NCBI GenBank assembly: GCA_038496445.1
Contig: JALMLS010000336.1
Span: 124,001-188,000 of the forward strand
Length of the DNA stretch: 64,000 nucleotides
DNA from: Trichosphaerium sp. ATCC 40318
Taxonomy: Eukaryota > Protista > Tubulinea
Reading direction: 5' to 3'
Part shown: positions 37,350 through 50,480 of the stretch, piece by piece
Position numbering within the stretch: the first letter of the stretch is position 1
Layout: each line of letters opens with the position of its first letter
Program-made: the position numbers and the translations under genes
The notes under the pieces: generated by a model
Database searches by the model: none
Told to the model about the DNA's origin: nothing
Seen by the model: the letters and a program-made list of their open reading frames with translations, nothing else

Positions 37350-38207
37350 TAGTAATCTTGTTTTAGTACTGACAGTTTAGTTGTATACAGTAAATAAACG
37401 GAAGTGTGTTTAAGAAAGTACCAGTACTTGAGGCAGTCTGGATACTGTTTGATTTAAGTTATGACTTCTAACATTCACCAAACATCATACGAGTACTTTC
37501 AATATCGATATAAAGACTTCAATAAAACCGGCTATCTCAGCAATTTTCGCAAGTTGTATTTTGGATCTTTGGAACTGTTACGTTAAATCTCTACGCGATA
37601 TGAAGCTGCCATTATAAGCTGACAGTTTCATAGTGAACCATTAGTTCACAACGCAATTTTGTGGCAATATGTTCTAACGCTTTATATAATGACGAGGGCA
37701 TTATAATGCAAATTTTATCGGAATACAGATTATTCATATAATTAAACAGTCTGCGCATATTCACTAATATTCAATTCATGAATTATTCACTGTTGTGTAC
37801 TGAAACTGTTCACTCATGTAATGGACGGTTTACTTTGGCAACTATTAAAATGCGATAACCTTCACGGCCACAAACATCATAGAAACCTAGAAAGAACTTT
37901 GTTGTGCAAAGTTTTAAACATATTTTCTATTTTAGACTGAAATACCAATGCTGATTTAATAAATGAATTCTAAATACACCAATATTTACTAGTAAAAAAT
38001 ATGATACATTGCTTACAAAGTTTTCAGTAAGTACGAAAACTAGATAAATTATACGGTTACTGCTTCAAGAGCTAGAAAACTTCAGATAAGTAGCTCAGAT
38101 ACTTACCAGCATGAGAAAAAATTATTGAGTGTTTTTTCAGTTTACTTTCCGCTCAAGTTGTTCAAATGTGCACAGAACTACTTTTGTTATTTTCTCAACA
38201 CAACTGC

Positions 38208-39078
38208 ATGAGCAACAGATCTACTATTTTTGATACCGTTTTAACTGGGGCAAGGCCTTACAGACACCTTGCTAAAGAGTGCATAGTGCGTACACTTACA
38301 TATACTTTCCCAAATAAGTTTATAGGTTATCTTTAAGGGTGGTAGAAAACAAGAAGGGTATTTATATCAATAGAGAGACATACAATAAGTTTTTTGAAGA
38401 GTATGCAAACCTCAAGTCAATAACTAATAATCTTTACAAATTTTGTATTAGATCTACTCTCCCAGTACGTCCTGACCAGTGAACCAATAATCTAGCTCAC
38501 TATTTTACTATAGCGCCACCGAGTGAAGTTCAAGTGGGTTCTATGTAATGGTGAGGAGTTATGTGAATTGGTTGTGTTTCACTGTGAAGCTCCTGATATG
38601 AGATCAAACTATGAAGTGAACGACCACGTGTCTGTAAAGGGAAACCAAATAGACGGTACTTCGGTTAGCTTGTTAATATTGACTTATCAACTCTAGGGTT
38701 TAAAGAGATCCAAATAACAGGCGACAAAGATTCAACATCGCAACATGCAGCCCCTCAGAGCGAATCTAACACTGTTGACAGAAATAATTGGGATGGTAAC
38801 AGCCAACGTGTTACCCTTTGAATCTTCTAATCTTTTACAAAGGCCACGCAACGGAGGATCCAATGTCAATCGATTCTCCATACTCCCAGGCTACAACGAA
38901 CCTTTCATGTCAAAGGGCTTGCTGTCGTCATTGGCATCAACAATACATGGATTTATTGTTAATCTTGAACACTGTTCAAGAAGAAAACGAGCTATTAAAA
39001 GGTGAAAGAGAAATATTACTAATGAACCAACAGCAAATGCAAAATAGTTTGCTTGCTGGCGAATACTGGAAACTGTAA
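38208..39078 (+). CDS. Hypothetical 5-exon protein with C-terminal coiled coil
   Basis: Four GT-AG introns join MSNRSTIF... to ...LNTVQEENELLKGEREIL...YWKL* without stops. No family recognised. Confidence 0.6.
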
Positions 39079-39559
39079 CATGTTAATAAACTTGCTTGTT
39101 AGTGCTGTTAGGCTTTGAAATTTTTGTATGTTAGATTCACTTCGAGATTATTTGCTTTGGAGACATACCAATGCAGTACTCCCTGGCCTGTTCGTACACT
39201 AAATTCCGTTTGTAGGTTAGTGGATGTAAACTCATACATTCCGTCGACCAATGATTTAGGAAAGCTGTTTACTTGGAGGCTCCTCTCATAGTTGTACCTG
39301 TAATCATGATTTTAGTCAAAACTTGCTGGACTTGTATCGTCTATATGGATCCAATATTGTCACAGCCGTTTCATTTAATCTCTACATGATACCCAACCTG
39401 TCATTTAAAGCTGGAGTTTCATAGTGAACTATCAAGTTCATGACTATTTTGTAGGTTCTATCTCTAACGATTTCTGACTACGAGAACATCTCACTTAGCA
39501 GTATGTGAAAACACTTTTATTAACAAAACTGTCAACAAGTCTATTAAATTTTTAAGCTT

Positions 39560-40669
39560 TTAATAGCCTTTTTCTATCACGTGATCGGCCTTTAAGCAAA
39601 GCAATACGTCGTTTATAAATAGCTCTATTATCATGAAAGCTTCGCTTACTCACACAAGGTGTCATTCCAGGTACTCCAAAGACTGATAAAGTTCCAAACA
39701 ATGCATATGTTCCTGCTCCATTAGTTGATCCAAATCCAACAATTCTGATAGTTGCAGAACTTTGGATCATTGTTCCTGATGGAAAATTGACAACTACATC
39801 TGTACCACTATTATCGTCAGGAACAGGCATAAGTGTATCAAAAGGCATTGTTGCTACAACTCCATCAATATCAATGAAGAAAGCAAGATCAGTGGGTCCA
39901 GTAGGGCTCCTGTCATGATTGAACCTGCAAATAGAATTGTTAAAAGAATATCGCCAGACAACAGTCGAAGGTAAAGTGGAGTTAGCCCGGATTAAAGCTC
40001 CAGTGCAAAACACAACACGAATGTAAAGAAAATAAGAAAATTCTGGAACAAAACTTGTCTTCCTACGTACGCCATGCTAACAAGCTCATATGGCATTGTA
40101 GTAGTGAATCCAAATTCGAGAAAATCTCCATTGGTTACAGCAACATTGACATCTGTAGTACCAGATGCGAAGCCTGTAAATACAATCAATAAAGACACCA
40201 GTCTAATTTTTTTTTGAAAAAGTGGTCCAGTTTTCGGCGATCATTACACAGAACCAAAATCACGTGGACAAAAAAACGATTACAATAAAATAAAGGCCTA
40301 CACATTAAAAAAACCCAAAAGTCGAGATGATAATCCTAATCTGTAACGACGACTTACGTCCAACAAAAACGGCAAGAAAACCCAGCCGGACTTTAGTTTT
40401 TGTTTCGTCAAATAACGTACTGTTTGAACTAAAAGCGGCCGTTCTGTCAGCTTGATTAAGGCCCATTCCTCTTGTTAAATCAATACCCGTAACTCCTGGT
40501 ACTGATGAAGGATTGGCCATAAGAGACACGCTCATGTCCATCATTGTATAATCGACAAGAGTGAGCTAATAAACAAATGAGGTTTGGGCTATAGTATATT
40601 CGCTTTATAGCGTACCTGACATTTTACAAGGCATAGAAACGCAAACAAAACAAGAATTAAGCTCCGCAT
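39560..40669 (-). CDS. Small secreted beta-sandwich protein of bacterial surface-protein type (3' end uncertain)
   Basis: Signal peptide MRSLILVLFAFLCLVKCQ, then DLTRGMGL, GDFLEFGFT, RSPTGP and TIRIVGFG motifs across 4-5 exons. Confidence 0.62.
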
Positions 40670-41481
40670 GAGGTGTAAACAGAGTAACGGTAAACAAAAA
40701 AGAAAAAAAAAGTCAAACGTGGTTTGTTGTACATTTTGCCGTGGTGCCATTGGCTTACAAACGATCTAACAACTTGAAGATTACTTATTATCACCACATC
40801 CTTTGGAATAGGTATAATGTACACGAGATTTCTCGTGATTGTATCACGTGACTAGCTTTAGTTTGAAACTACTTCTTGTTTTGCAAGAGAACACAGATGA
40901 TATTGATATTTTTACGTGCATGTTGTAGTACTTGGTACAATTTTGGAAAAAAAGCTTACAAAGTAGCACAGAAATTGTGGCTGTTGTAAAAACACTGCAT
41001 GTTGTTTACATTGGAGGAGTATTTATCGCTCAGCTTACAAATGTACTTGGAACAACGTAGAAAGAGCCTTCACAATTCTTAGACGGTATATTTCAAGCAT
41101 TTCTAGGTATTTTGAGACTTTCAAATAGCACCAAAAGAACTGTTGATTTCTCACCTTAGGGTTCATTGTAGTAATTATGTCATACCCAATGTGTATGCAC
41201 AATGTTTATTAACATTTGGCTGCATTTACAAGCACGAGATATGTATTCAAAATGTTTCCAATAAATAAGGTAAAAAGACAAAGCTGTCGTATCCAATTGC
41301 ATACTCTGTATTTATGTATTGTATTGGTACAAGCTTCTATTATCTGCTGTGGCAAGAGGAGATGCACTGTACGGTCCAAAGTCAGTTTCGTTTTCGTACA
41401 TGCGCACGTGATTTTTATGTTGGTAAAAGTCATTTCAAGGTCACATCAGAATTTATTCCACACTTGATAGTTGTCCACACA

Positions 41482-42723
41482 ATGAAGACAACCGCTGTAA
41501 ATGACTATTCTTCTAAGCCTAAACTATACTCTTTTTGGCTCTCATCGTGCTCATGGCGTGTTCGTATTGCCCTTGCTTTAAAAAACATCGATTATACTTA
41601 CATTGGTACACAAAGAAGACGTGTAGTCCTTTTTTTGACATTCTTAGCTGTAAATGTATTTAAAGATGATCAGTTGACTTCTGAATACTCTAGGATAAAT
41701 ACAAGCAAGGTTTCATCCGTTTACAAAACATATTAACGTCATTTAACGTCAAAAAACTTAAACTTAACAAAAATAGCTTGTACCGACTCTAGAGATTAAC
41801 GGATACACCCTGACGCAGTCAATACCTATAATAGAGTACCTAGAAGAAAAGTTCCCAACGCCATCGTTACTCCCTAAGGAAGCACATGCACGAGCTACTG
41901 CAAGGTGCCGTGAACTTCTTTTTTTTTTTTGGATAATTTCTTTAAAAGTTCGCTGCATGCTCACTACTTCCAGAGGTATTGCTCAAATTATTGCTGCTGA
42001 TATACAGCCTCTTCAAAATGTTCGTGTAGTCAAACATCCCTCAGTACGTATCCACATGGATAGTCGGTTTTTTATAGAACAACACCAAATCAGGCATTTT
42101 TATTCTCCATAATATTCAACCTTTTTTTTTTGGAATCTTATGACCTAAGAATACTGGTAAAAATTTACCGTACATCTGGGACAATTCCTTGTTATTTCAC
42201 CGTGGTTGTCGTGTACAATACATAATTTTTGTATTTCAGGTTAAGCCTATAACGCTTGAATGGAGACAACATTGGATAACTGAAGGCTTTGAGTCTTTAG
42301 AAAAGATTCTCAAGACCACATCTGGTAAATACTGTGTTGGAGACACAGTTACAATTGCAGATATTTGCTTAGTACCACAAGGCACGTGCACATTTTAAAA
42401 AAAAGTCGACAATAAGAAGGTCATCAAAAAAAAAAAAGAACATATATTAACAACATTTATGGAGTACTCTATGTCGCGAAGGTTAACGCTGACTTATTTT
42501 ATAGTGCGAAATGCACGTGGTTTCAAGGTAGACATGAGTAGATTTCCTATCATAACAAGTATAGACACGCGACTACAGAAGGTATGCATAGCGAGTGATA
42601 GTGTATTTTAGGTTTTTTCTGTAATTGTTTTACTTGTAGTTGGACGCATTTCAACAAGCACTACCTGAAAACCAGCCTGACGCATTAAAAGGAAATGTTA
42701 TGTCTATCCGAGCAAAGCTATAG
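41482..42723 (+). CDS. GSTZ1: Glutathione S-transferase zeta / maleylacetoacetate isomerase with C-terminal -AKL
   Basis: LYSFWLSSCSWRVRIAL, VPTL..TQSIPIIEYLEE, DIQPLQN, ADICLVPQV, PENQPD. One GC-AG intron (42382-42504). Confidence 0.93.
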
Positions 42724-44336
42724 ACACTTGCTTGAGCAGTGTGAATGAATGCTACATCGAATGAGAAACAAAGAACTACAAATTAAACCCAAAAGTACTT
42801 CCTTTTTTTGTAGTTTTTTTTCTTCACAAAAAAATTGAAACCAGCGCTTTACTAAAGCGAATTTGAGCACTAAAACATTATTTCAATATTATAAAGGACA
42901 TATTTAACATGCTATTATACAACAAAAAGACCGTAATGCCCGAAAAAAGGTCCAAAAATAAATAACTTTTCAAACATAAATAAAAAAATTTCCTTCCTCT
43001 TTACTTCGCTTTTGTTTATTACTTCCAACCCAAAAACATTACAAATTACTCTTTTTTGGTCACCAAAGAAATTAAACTTACAAAAAACCCAAAAAAAACA
43101 GTTCCAAGTTGAATACATTCATTATGTCGCAATATAAGAAAACATGCTTTTGTGTAGCGACATACTCTACTGTAAATTCTCCTCGACACCAGGGGTTTTT
43201 TAGATTTACACTTGTTGGCGAAGGATGACGAACACTTTGTAACAATTCTGAGAATATGCTAAAAACATTGGAACAGACGCTTCCTACGCTCTCTTTTTTA
43301 ACGTACTACATAATATTCGCGTAGTTTACAGTTTTAGCCTAGAAATGGAAGTAACAAAACAGGTAAAGATCTTCTTCTACGCGAAGACCTACAAACGCCA
43401 TACAGCGCGTAGCATGTAGAACAAGGAACCACAAGGTATGTAACTATATTACGAACAAAATGAAGGGAGTTGAATTGTCTCGCAATCATAACGTGGTTAA
43501 TGTCATATTAGAATCAAGATCCTTGTACGCCAGTTCAAACAGATAAAGATATTTTTTGTAGAGCAACGAAACTCGTTTTGTTCCGTTTTTCTAAAATGGT
43601 AACTGAAAGCTCTGTGTGCGTTGTTTGAATTCAAACTAACCTTATAAAGCATTCTCATGATTAATTAGTGAACCGCAGTTTACAAAAAATTACTCAAAGT
43701 CTTTCAATGGTTAAACAAGTACGATAGATAGTATTATTGATAAACAATCAATTGTTTGGTTATGCCCAAGAAGGTTAAAATGAGAAACTCCGACAGTTTT
43801 GAGGCAAAACCTCTCTAGCTTTACGACTTTTTAGTCCGCCAATGCGGAAAAACTACCATGGTTATTACACCATCCTTTGCAATAACATACGGTTACTAAT
43901 ATGATAAATTATTGTTTTGGGGAAACAAAGACAATATTAATTGACAAACGTATACAAAATACTTGTACGTAAACAGCTACTATATTAATATCGTTCGGGA
44001 TTTTGTTTGATAAAAAAATACTTATTTGGGAGAACGACAAATAAACTAAAAATTCTACTCAAAAGACTTTACTATCTGTTCGAGTACCTAATAAATAAGA
44101 TATTTAGATAATTATGCTTCTCTAGAATACAAGAATAAAGCTGAAAAACCTAAAATAAAAACCAAGAGTTGAGAAAGCGCAAAAAATAGGAAGAACTTAA
44201 TGCTTTCTCGATTTAATATACCGTATGGAATAAACACTACTATACTGTCATTTGTCTTCGGAGGTTACCTTGGTTCCGACTTAATTATTGTGCTTATTTT
44301 ATATTTCTCGTCAAACTAAGCACAACGTACAACTAA

Positions 44337-45130
44337 ATGGACCTATCTAAGATACTTTGCAACACAAACGAGACCTTAGAGAGTTCACAACATTCACAAC
44401 GCCCTTCTTTTCCGGTGTTACCACAGAGGTGGCAAACTCTAGCTGCAAAGCCAAACAACAACAGCAACGCATGGATACCTACAAAAAACCTTATGGAATC
44501 AAGGTTCGAGAGCACTGGAAGGTAAGACAACCTTTTTAATACATAAAACGCATGAAACATCATTACTGCCTTTACATCCTATGTATTGATAGGAGAAAGT
44601 CTATTGCGCAATATATTTTTCTAAATTGGGAGTTGTAAAGTTCTGCGTTGCAAGTTATGTATTAATGTGTATGTATTAGTTCTAGCGAAGACACAGAACC
44701 TTTGGAGGAGGAATTAATGCGTATGAAGATAGTTAGAGTTCAAGGGGGTATTAGAAAAAGAAAAAGTGTCAATATGGCGTCTAGAGGGCCAGACCCTAAG
44801 CGAAAACGTACTAGATTGACAAAATATCAGAGAGAAGCATTAGAACGTATTTACGAGAAAAAGAAATTCCCTACAAGCGAATCGAAAGCAGTTATTGCAG
44901 AGAACTTAGATATGGACTTTAGAAGAGTTCATGTGTGGTTCCAAAACAGACGAGCAAAAGACAAGCGAGCAAATAAGGATTTAACACTAAAGCGCCAAAT
45001 TCAACCTACAAGACCATCTACTGTACCAACTTTCTCCATGCAACCACATCCTATTGTCAAACCAACTGCAAGACGTAGACACTCTTTCGAAGCGCTAGTA
45101 CAAGTATCATCCGCGTACAACTACTCTTGA
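44337..45130 (+). CDS. Homeodomain transcription factor (Q50 type), 2 exons
   Basis: KRKRTRLTKYQREALERIYEKKKFPT...VHVWFQNRRAKDKR. Confidence 0.9.
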
Positions 45131-46214
45131 AAATACCCCAAAGACGTAAAAAGCATCATTTGTAGCCATTTTCAAAAACCCGCCTGCAAAAAAACTTTTG
45201 CCGGAAGCGTACACACAACCACTTTCACCTCAGGCGCCATGCTACATTATAAAAAAACCCCCTAACAACATCATCAGAAAAAAAAACACACTTGTAAAAC
45301 AGAAAACTGCGATTTCCTCTTTTGGCTACTCGCACTTCACAAGAAAAAAATATAACCTCCCCTTGTACATACTTTTAAAAAAAAAAGGAACCCCGAAATA
45401 TAATAATAATAGCCAATTTGCAAAATACTATTTTCTTCTTTTCGTGATTCCGAAGAACAACTTTGTCTATTTCTAGTATGCTTTTCCCCATTTCATTTGG
45501 AATGAGACACAAATAATACCAATAGTGTTATATTGTTTTAAAGAAAGAAGAAACGTATAAAGAGGGAAAAACGGAGGAAATTTAATTAATATGATAATAT
45601 TGCTTTATCCTTAACTTATATTTGATATACAGAGTACGTTTAGCTACTTTTTTTAAAACTCACGTAGTTGTCAATCATCTACAACAGATCATTATGTCTG
45701 CAACACACTGTAGGCATTCCCACGGATACTCGATACCATTTATCTACTCGTTTTCGGCGCCTATCGCACACTCGTAACATCATTTTAGCGCTCATTGTTG
45801 CTTCTAATATTGGTGATATACGTGGTATTTACGTATTATAAGAACCTTCAACTCGTCGAAAACACTCAAGAAAACAAGGTCAGTGACAATCTAAAACGTT
45901 CAATTTCAAAATATTGTCCAATCTGAGAAACTAAAATTATCTTTTCTGTTAACGTAAATCATGGTTTTAGTAGATTCCAGGCACAATTAGTACTTTTTGA
46001 AGAGTTGAAAAGTTTTGGTATAAAATACGCTTTGAACTATTTCTTACTTTGTTGTACGCCTTAAGACCATACCCATACAATCGTAGAATTTTAAAACGAT
46101 AGTAGAATTGTCTGTCAAGTGTTGACTAAAAGCAACAAATACTGAAAAACAAACTAAAAATATTCATAAAACATGTTTTATCAAATTTTGTTTTTTTACT
46201 TTAATTTTAGGTCA

Positions 46215-47410
46215 TTAATTATTTTTTTTAAAGTCATTCATCGCATCGTATATACCCGCAAGTTGAACCAATTTATCATTCAAACTTACTGGCAATAAAT
46301 GCTCTAAAAATATGGCAAATATTAGCTTCCCAGGGAGATAAACTACCTGCTTATTGCGTTTCACGGCTAACAAAAAAAGTAAGAATACTCAAAAACTGCA
46401 ATGTCACTTTTTGTTCATCAAAAAAAAAAGTTTTGTTTTGACTATTTTCTTGCATACCCGAAAGCACACTCTTCGCTACTGATTCCGGTGTTAAAGACTT
46501 TGCGGTGCTTAATTTGAATCCAGTGAACATACCAGTTGTAATATGTGCTAGTAGTTACATCAATAAGTTGATCAACATAAAGAAAAACAGTTCCAAAAAA
46601 AAACCAATCTCGTTTTTGTTCAACAAAAAAAAACCGTACTAGGACAAATAGTAGTAACACGAACACCATCATGGCCTGCTTTTTTAAGCTCTCTTCTCAA
46701 CGCGGTGCTTACCGCGAAATTGGCTGCCTTAGATGCAGAGTAATCGCCCATCTATGGAAAACTGTCAGACAAAAAAAAAAAATCAGAAAAACTCACTTTT
46801 GGAGCAGTGCTATGCGCTGATATCGATGAGATGTTTACTATGTGACCCCACTTGTTCTTGATCATATCAGGTACGTATTCTCGGATAGTATTAAAGTTAC
46901 TGTAGACGTTTACGCCGAAAGTGAATTTAACGTCTTTTTCTGTCAGATCTAAAATGTTTTTCCCGACTACAACGCCAGCGTTGTTGATGAGGATATCTAT
47001 TACACCCACATCGTCGCGCACGGCTTTCGCGACTTTTTTAACGGCTTCCGCTGAAGAAACATCGCAAGAATACGTGTGACAAGTATGTCCAGCGGATTTT
47101 AATTCCTTTGCTGCCATTTATGAGCTGTTTGGTTAATAGTAACGCGTTTACCTAATTTGTCCATGCCTGACTGGTTTATATCAAGTATTACTATGCTACA
47201 TCCCTCATTAGCGAATAATCTTGCCATTTCTCTACCCTTTTTTGACGAGAATGTTACAATAATTACAAATACAACTCTACGTACGATACCACACGCTCCA
47301 CCAGTAATTAGACATGTTTTCCCGTTTATTTTCTTATCAGGTGTTATTAAATCAAGCAGCTTACTGATAGCTATAATAGCCACAACGATACCGATCAGCC
47401 AGTACAACAT
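46215..47410 (-). CDS. Membrane-anchored short-chain dehydrogenase/reductase (RDH10/17beta-HSD11-like)
   Basis: N-terminal hydrophobic anchor, ITGGACGIG, ILINNAGV, catalytic YSASK, and ICP..ITTGMF. Confidence 0.88.
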
Positions 47411-48870
47411 TTGATTGGTCCAGTCTACCGATAACTATGTTTAAACACTATCTTTGACCGGCAAATTTTGATGTTTTACAATGTAGCAAAGTACTTTTGC
47501 AAGGTGGTATGTAAGTAGGTGTATCTATTTTATACATGCACGTAAATTATAGGTCTCTAAATTGCGTTACATCTCGGCCTCACGAAGTCTTGGTTGAGTC
47601 TCTGGGCATTAACTGAATATCTTCAGTGATGAGTCTGATACAGAATCTCTTATTTATTACATCCAACTCGTAAGTACTTACCAAGGTAAAACGGGAACTT
47701 TTGTACAATACAATATAATATTCTTACAATCCTGTTATGCATGTTTGGCAGCATCGTCTATGAAGTGTCAAAATGTGTAAACTTTTTATTTTTGCTTGAC
47801 GCACTAATGATTTTTAAGACTGCCCTCTCTTTACCACGCTTGTAATTATGTTGTGTTAAATCTAAAACTAAAAACAAACATTTAGAAATCACGTGGTCAC
47901 CGCACACGACAATTGTTGAAAAAAAAAAGTTTGTAATAGGTACCTGACATTGCAACTGGGCCATTTATATCATTCATTAGCTCTCGAGGCATTATTCTAT
48001 TACATAATAAACGATAAAAGCCAAAAAAAATCAAGCAAAAAAAAATGACATTGTGACACCTGTCGTTTGTGACATATGACGTACTTGGTGTAAATGCCTC
48101 TCAAGAATTCTTGGCTACCAATAAAATGATACTCACGAAGTAGTTGATTATCAACCTTGTTGCACATAAGCACGTTGATAACAGAAACACATTATGCACG
48201 TTTACCTTTGTAACTGTGAAGCCATCATGCCAACAAAGCATATGAACACGCTACCATGAACAGTGAGTTGCGTGTACGACGGTTTTAACGTACTGTTGTT
48301 TCTGGGACATGTACTTTTTTACCTGATACGTCATTTAGCGATTATTGCTATTTGTTGTAGCCACAAGTATGTATCACGGAGCAAGCGTACCACTAAGCGA
48401 TTCTCCTTTGCCAGTGAACGGTGTAAATGTCGGAATATCAGCTACGATACCATCAGGAGAATCTGCGAACTGCGTGCCCTCTCTACAGGAGTTATACAAG
48501 TTTTAACAGTTATTCGTACTCCAGACATTGAATAAGTATTTTAGACACCCAGTTATCACCTGGTGTCTCGCTTTCAGTAGTGCTAATGCCTCTACAACAA
48601 ATTACAGTAAGCAAACAATAGAAAACGCTCTAAATAGTAACCTCAAGTGCTCTAATAAGCGTTGTTTCCTCACATCATCAATATTATTACAGCAAGCCAT
48701 GACGTTTTGCCAAAAAACTTTCGTGCGCAACCGTCAACCTTCCTTACAACGGTCGTGTCTGTCAACAGCACCTACTTGAATTTGTGAGGAAATACATCAC
48801 AGTACAAATTCTTCAACTCAAAGTCATGTTGACGTGGCTAAATTAAATTTTAGATTTATAGTGCTTAACA

Positions 48871-50480
48871 ATGATGAAAGCGTTTCTCTTTGCTGTATTG
48901 TTCTCCCTCGCTGTTGTAGCCGTAGTTGGTGAAGGTGAAAGCTCTGATGTAGTCGACTTGACCCCAGACAACTTTGATGAGATTGTTGATGGTTCAAAAG
49001 CCGTATTTGTTGAATTCTTCGCCCCATGGTACGACACGCTCCATTATGACTTTTCTGATTGCTATTAAAGGTGTGGACACTGTAAACGCCTTGCACCTGT
49101 ACATAGAATACGTCCAAACCAATTAATCTAATCATTTACAGGACTACGAAATCTTTGGAACCGCTTTCGCGAAAATAGACTCAGTTGTCATCGCAAAAGT
49201 AGATGCTGACAAGCACAAAGAACTCGGCAAACGTTTTGGTGTCTCTGGATTCCCAACCCTAAAATTTTTCCCAAAAGGCGCCACTGAGCCAGAAGAGTGC
49301 GTTATAATTGTCTCTACTGCCAAGAATGTCTTTCAGCCTCTAAATTATTTTTTGTAGCTACAAAGGTGGTAGATCCGTTGACGAGCTCGTTACATTCGTT
49401 AACAACAAGGCCGGTGTCCGTGGTGGTGTATCCAAACCTGCCAGTGCTGTCGTAGAATTAGGTCCAGACAACTTTGATGAAATCGTCAACGACGAATCCG
49501 TAGATGCTTTCGTTGAGTTCTTCGCCCCATGGTACGTTTTCTACACTTTGCGGACAATTATCACGTCAAAGTGTTTATTGTTTTTGTTGATGAGTCACCA
49601 ACTCACTGAAACGTCAGGTGTGGACACTGCAAACGTTTGGCTCCTATCTGGGAACAACTCGCCGGTATTTACAAAAATGACAAGGTACAAACTAGTCAGC
49701 CTTCTTTGAGTGCCTTTGATGCTTTATTTTTGTTGTAACGTCATGCTTATGATCTTTGTTAATAGTTGGTCATTGCTTCCGTTGATGCTGATAAGCACAA
49801 GACTCTCGGACAACGTTTTGATGTAAGCGGATACCCTACCTTGAAAGTCTTCCCAAAAGATAACAAAGCAGGTGAAGCTTACAACGTACGTTCAAAGCAA
49901 TTTTTTTTTGATAGATTGAAAGACACAGTTTATAAACTTTTCGAATTTTCTCTTGAGAAGTGTACTTATACTGGATTTTTAGGGTGGTAGAGAACTCTCT
50001 GACTTTATTAAATACTGTAACGAGAACTTTGGTCTTTTCCGTACCGAATCTGGTCTCTTGAACGACCAAGTACGCAAACACAACACAATTTTTTTTGGGT
50101 TTTTTTCATCACTCTTATTTTTTTTTTTCAAAGGCTGGTCTTGTTGAGAGCATGGAAGAATTCGCCAAGGGTTTCCTTGCTGATGATGCTTCAAAAGAAG
50201 ATCTCATTGTTAGCGCTGAAGCTGCTCTCAAAACTGTAGAAGAAGCTGATAAATGGTACTAAAGCTGCTCAGAGTTTTGCTTCCGTTACTCATTTTTTTT
50301 TAAAGGTCTGCTGGATTCTACGTCAAATTCATGAAAGTCATCGTCAAGCGTGGTGTTGAGTTTGTTGACAAAGAAATCGAACGTACTAACGGTTTGTTGG
50401 CTGGTGATAGCCTCTCCTTGCAAAAGAAGGACGAGTTTGCCATCCGTAGAAACATCTTGAGTGTTTTCAAATCCGAGTAA
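48871..50480 (+). CDS. Protein disulfide isomerase, ERp38/PDI-D type (a-a'-D), no KDEL
   Basis: Signal peptide, two APWCGHCK sites, [16 protein letters not shown], and a C-terminal ERp29-like helical domain ending [11 protein letters not shown]. Confidence 0.93.

Noticed and set aside
42730-44330. 1.6-kb gene-free region upstream of the homeobox gene
   Set aside because: No repeats, RNA gene or ORF could be supported. It is probably regulatory.
47450-48800. Short ORFs between SDR and PDI
   Set aside because: No recognisable motifs or coherent splice model.
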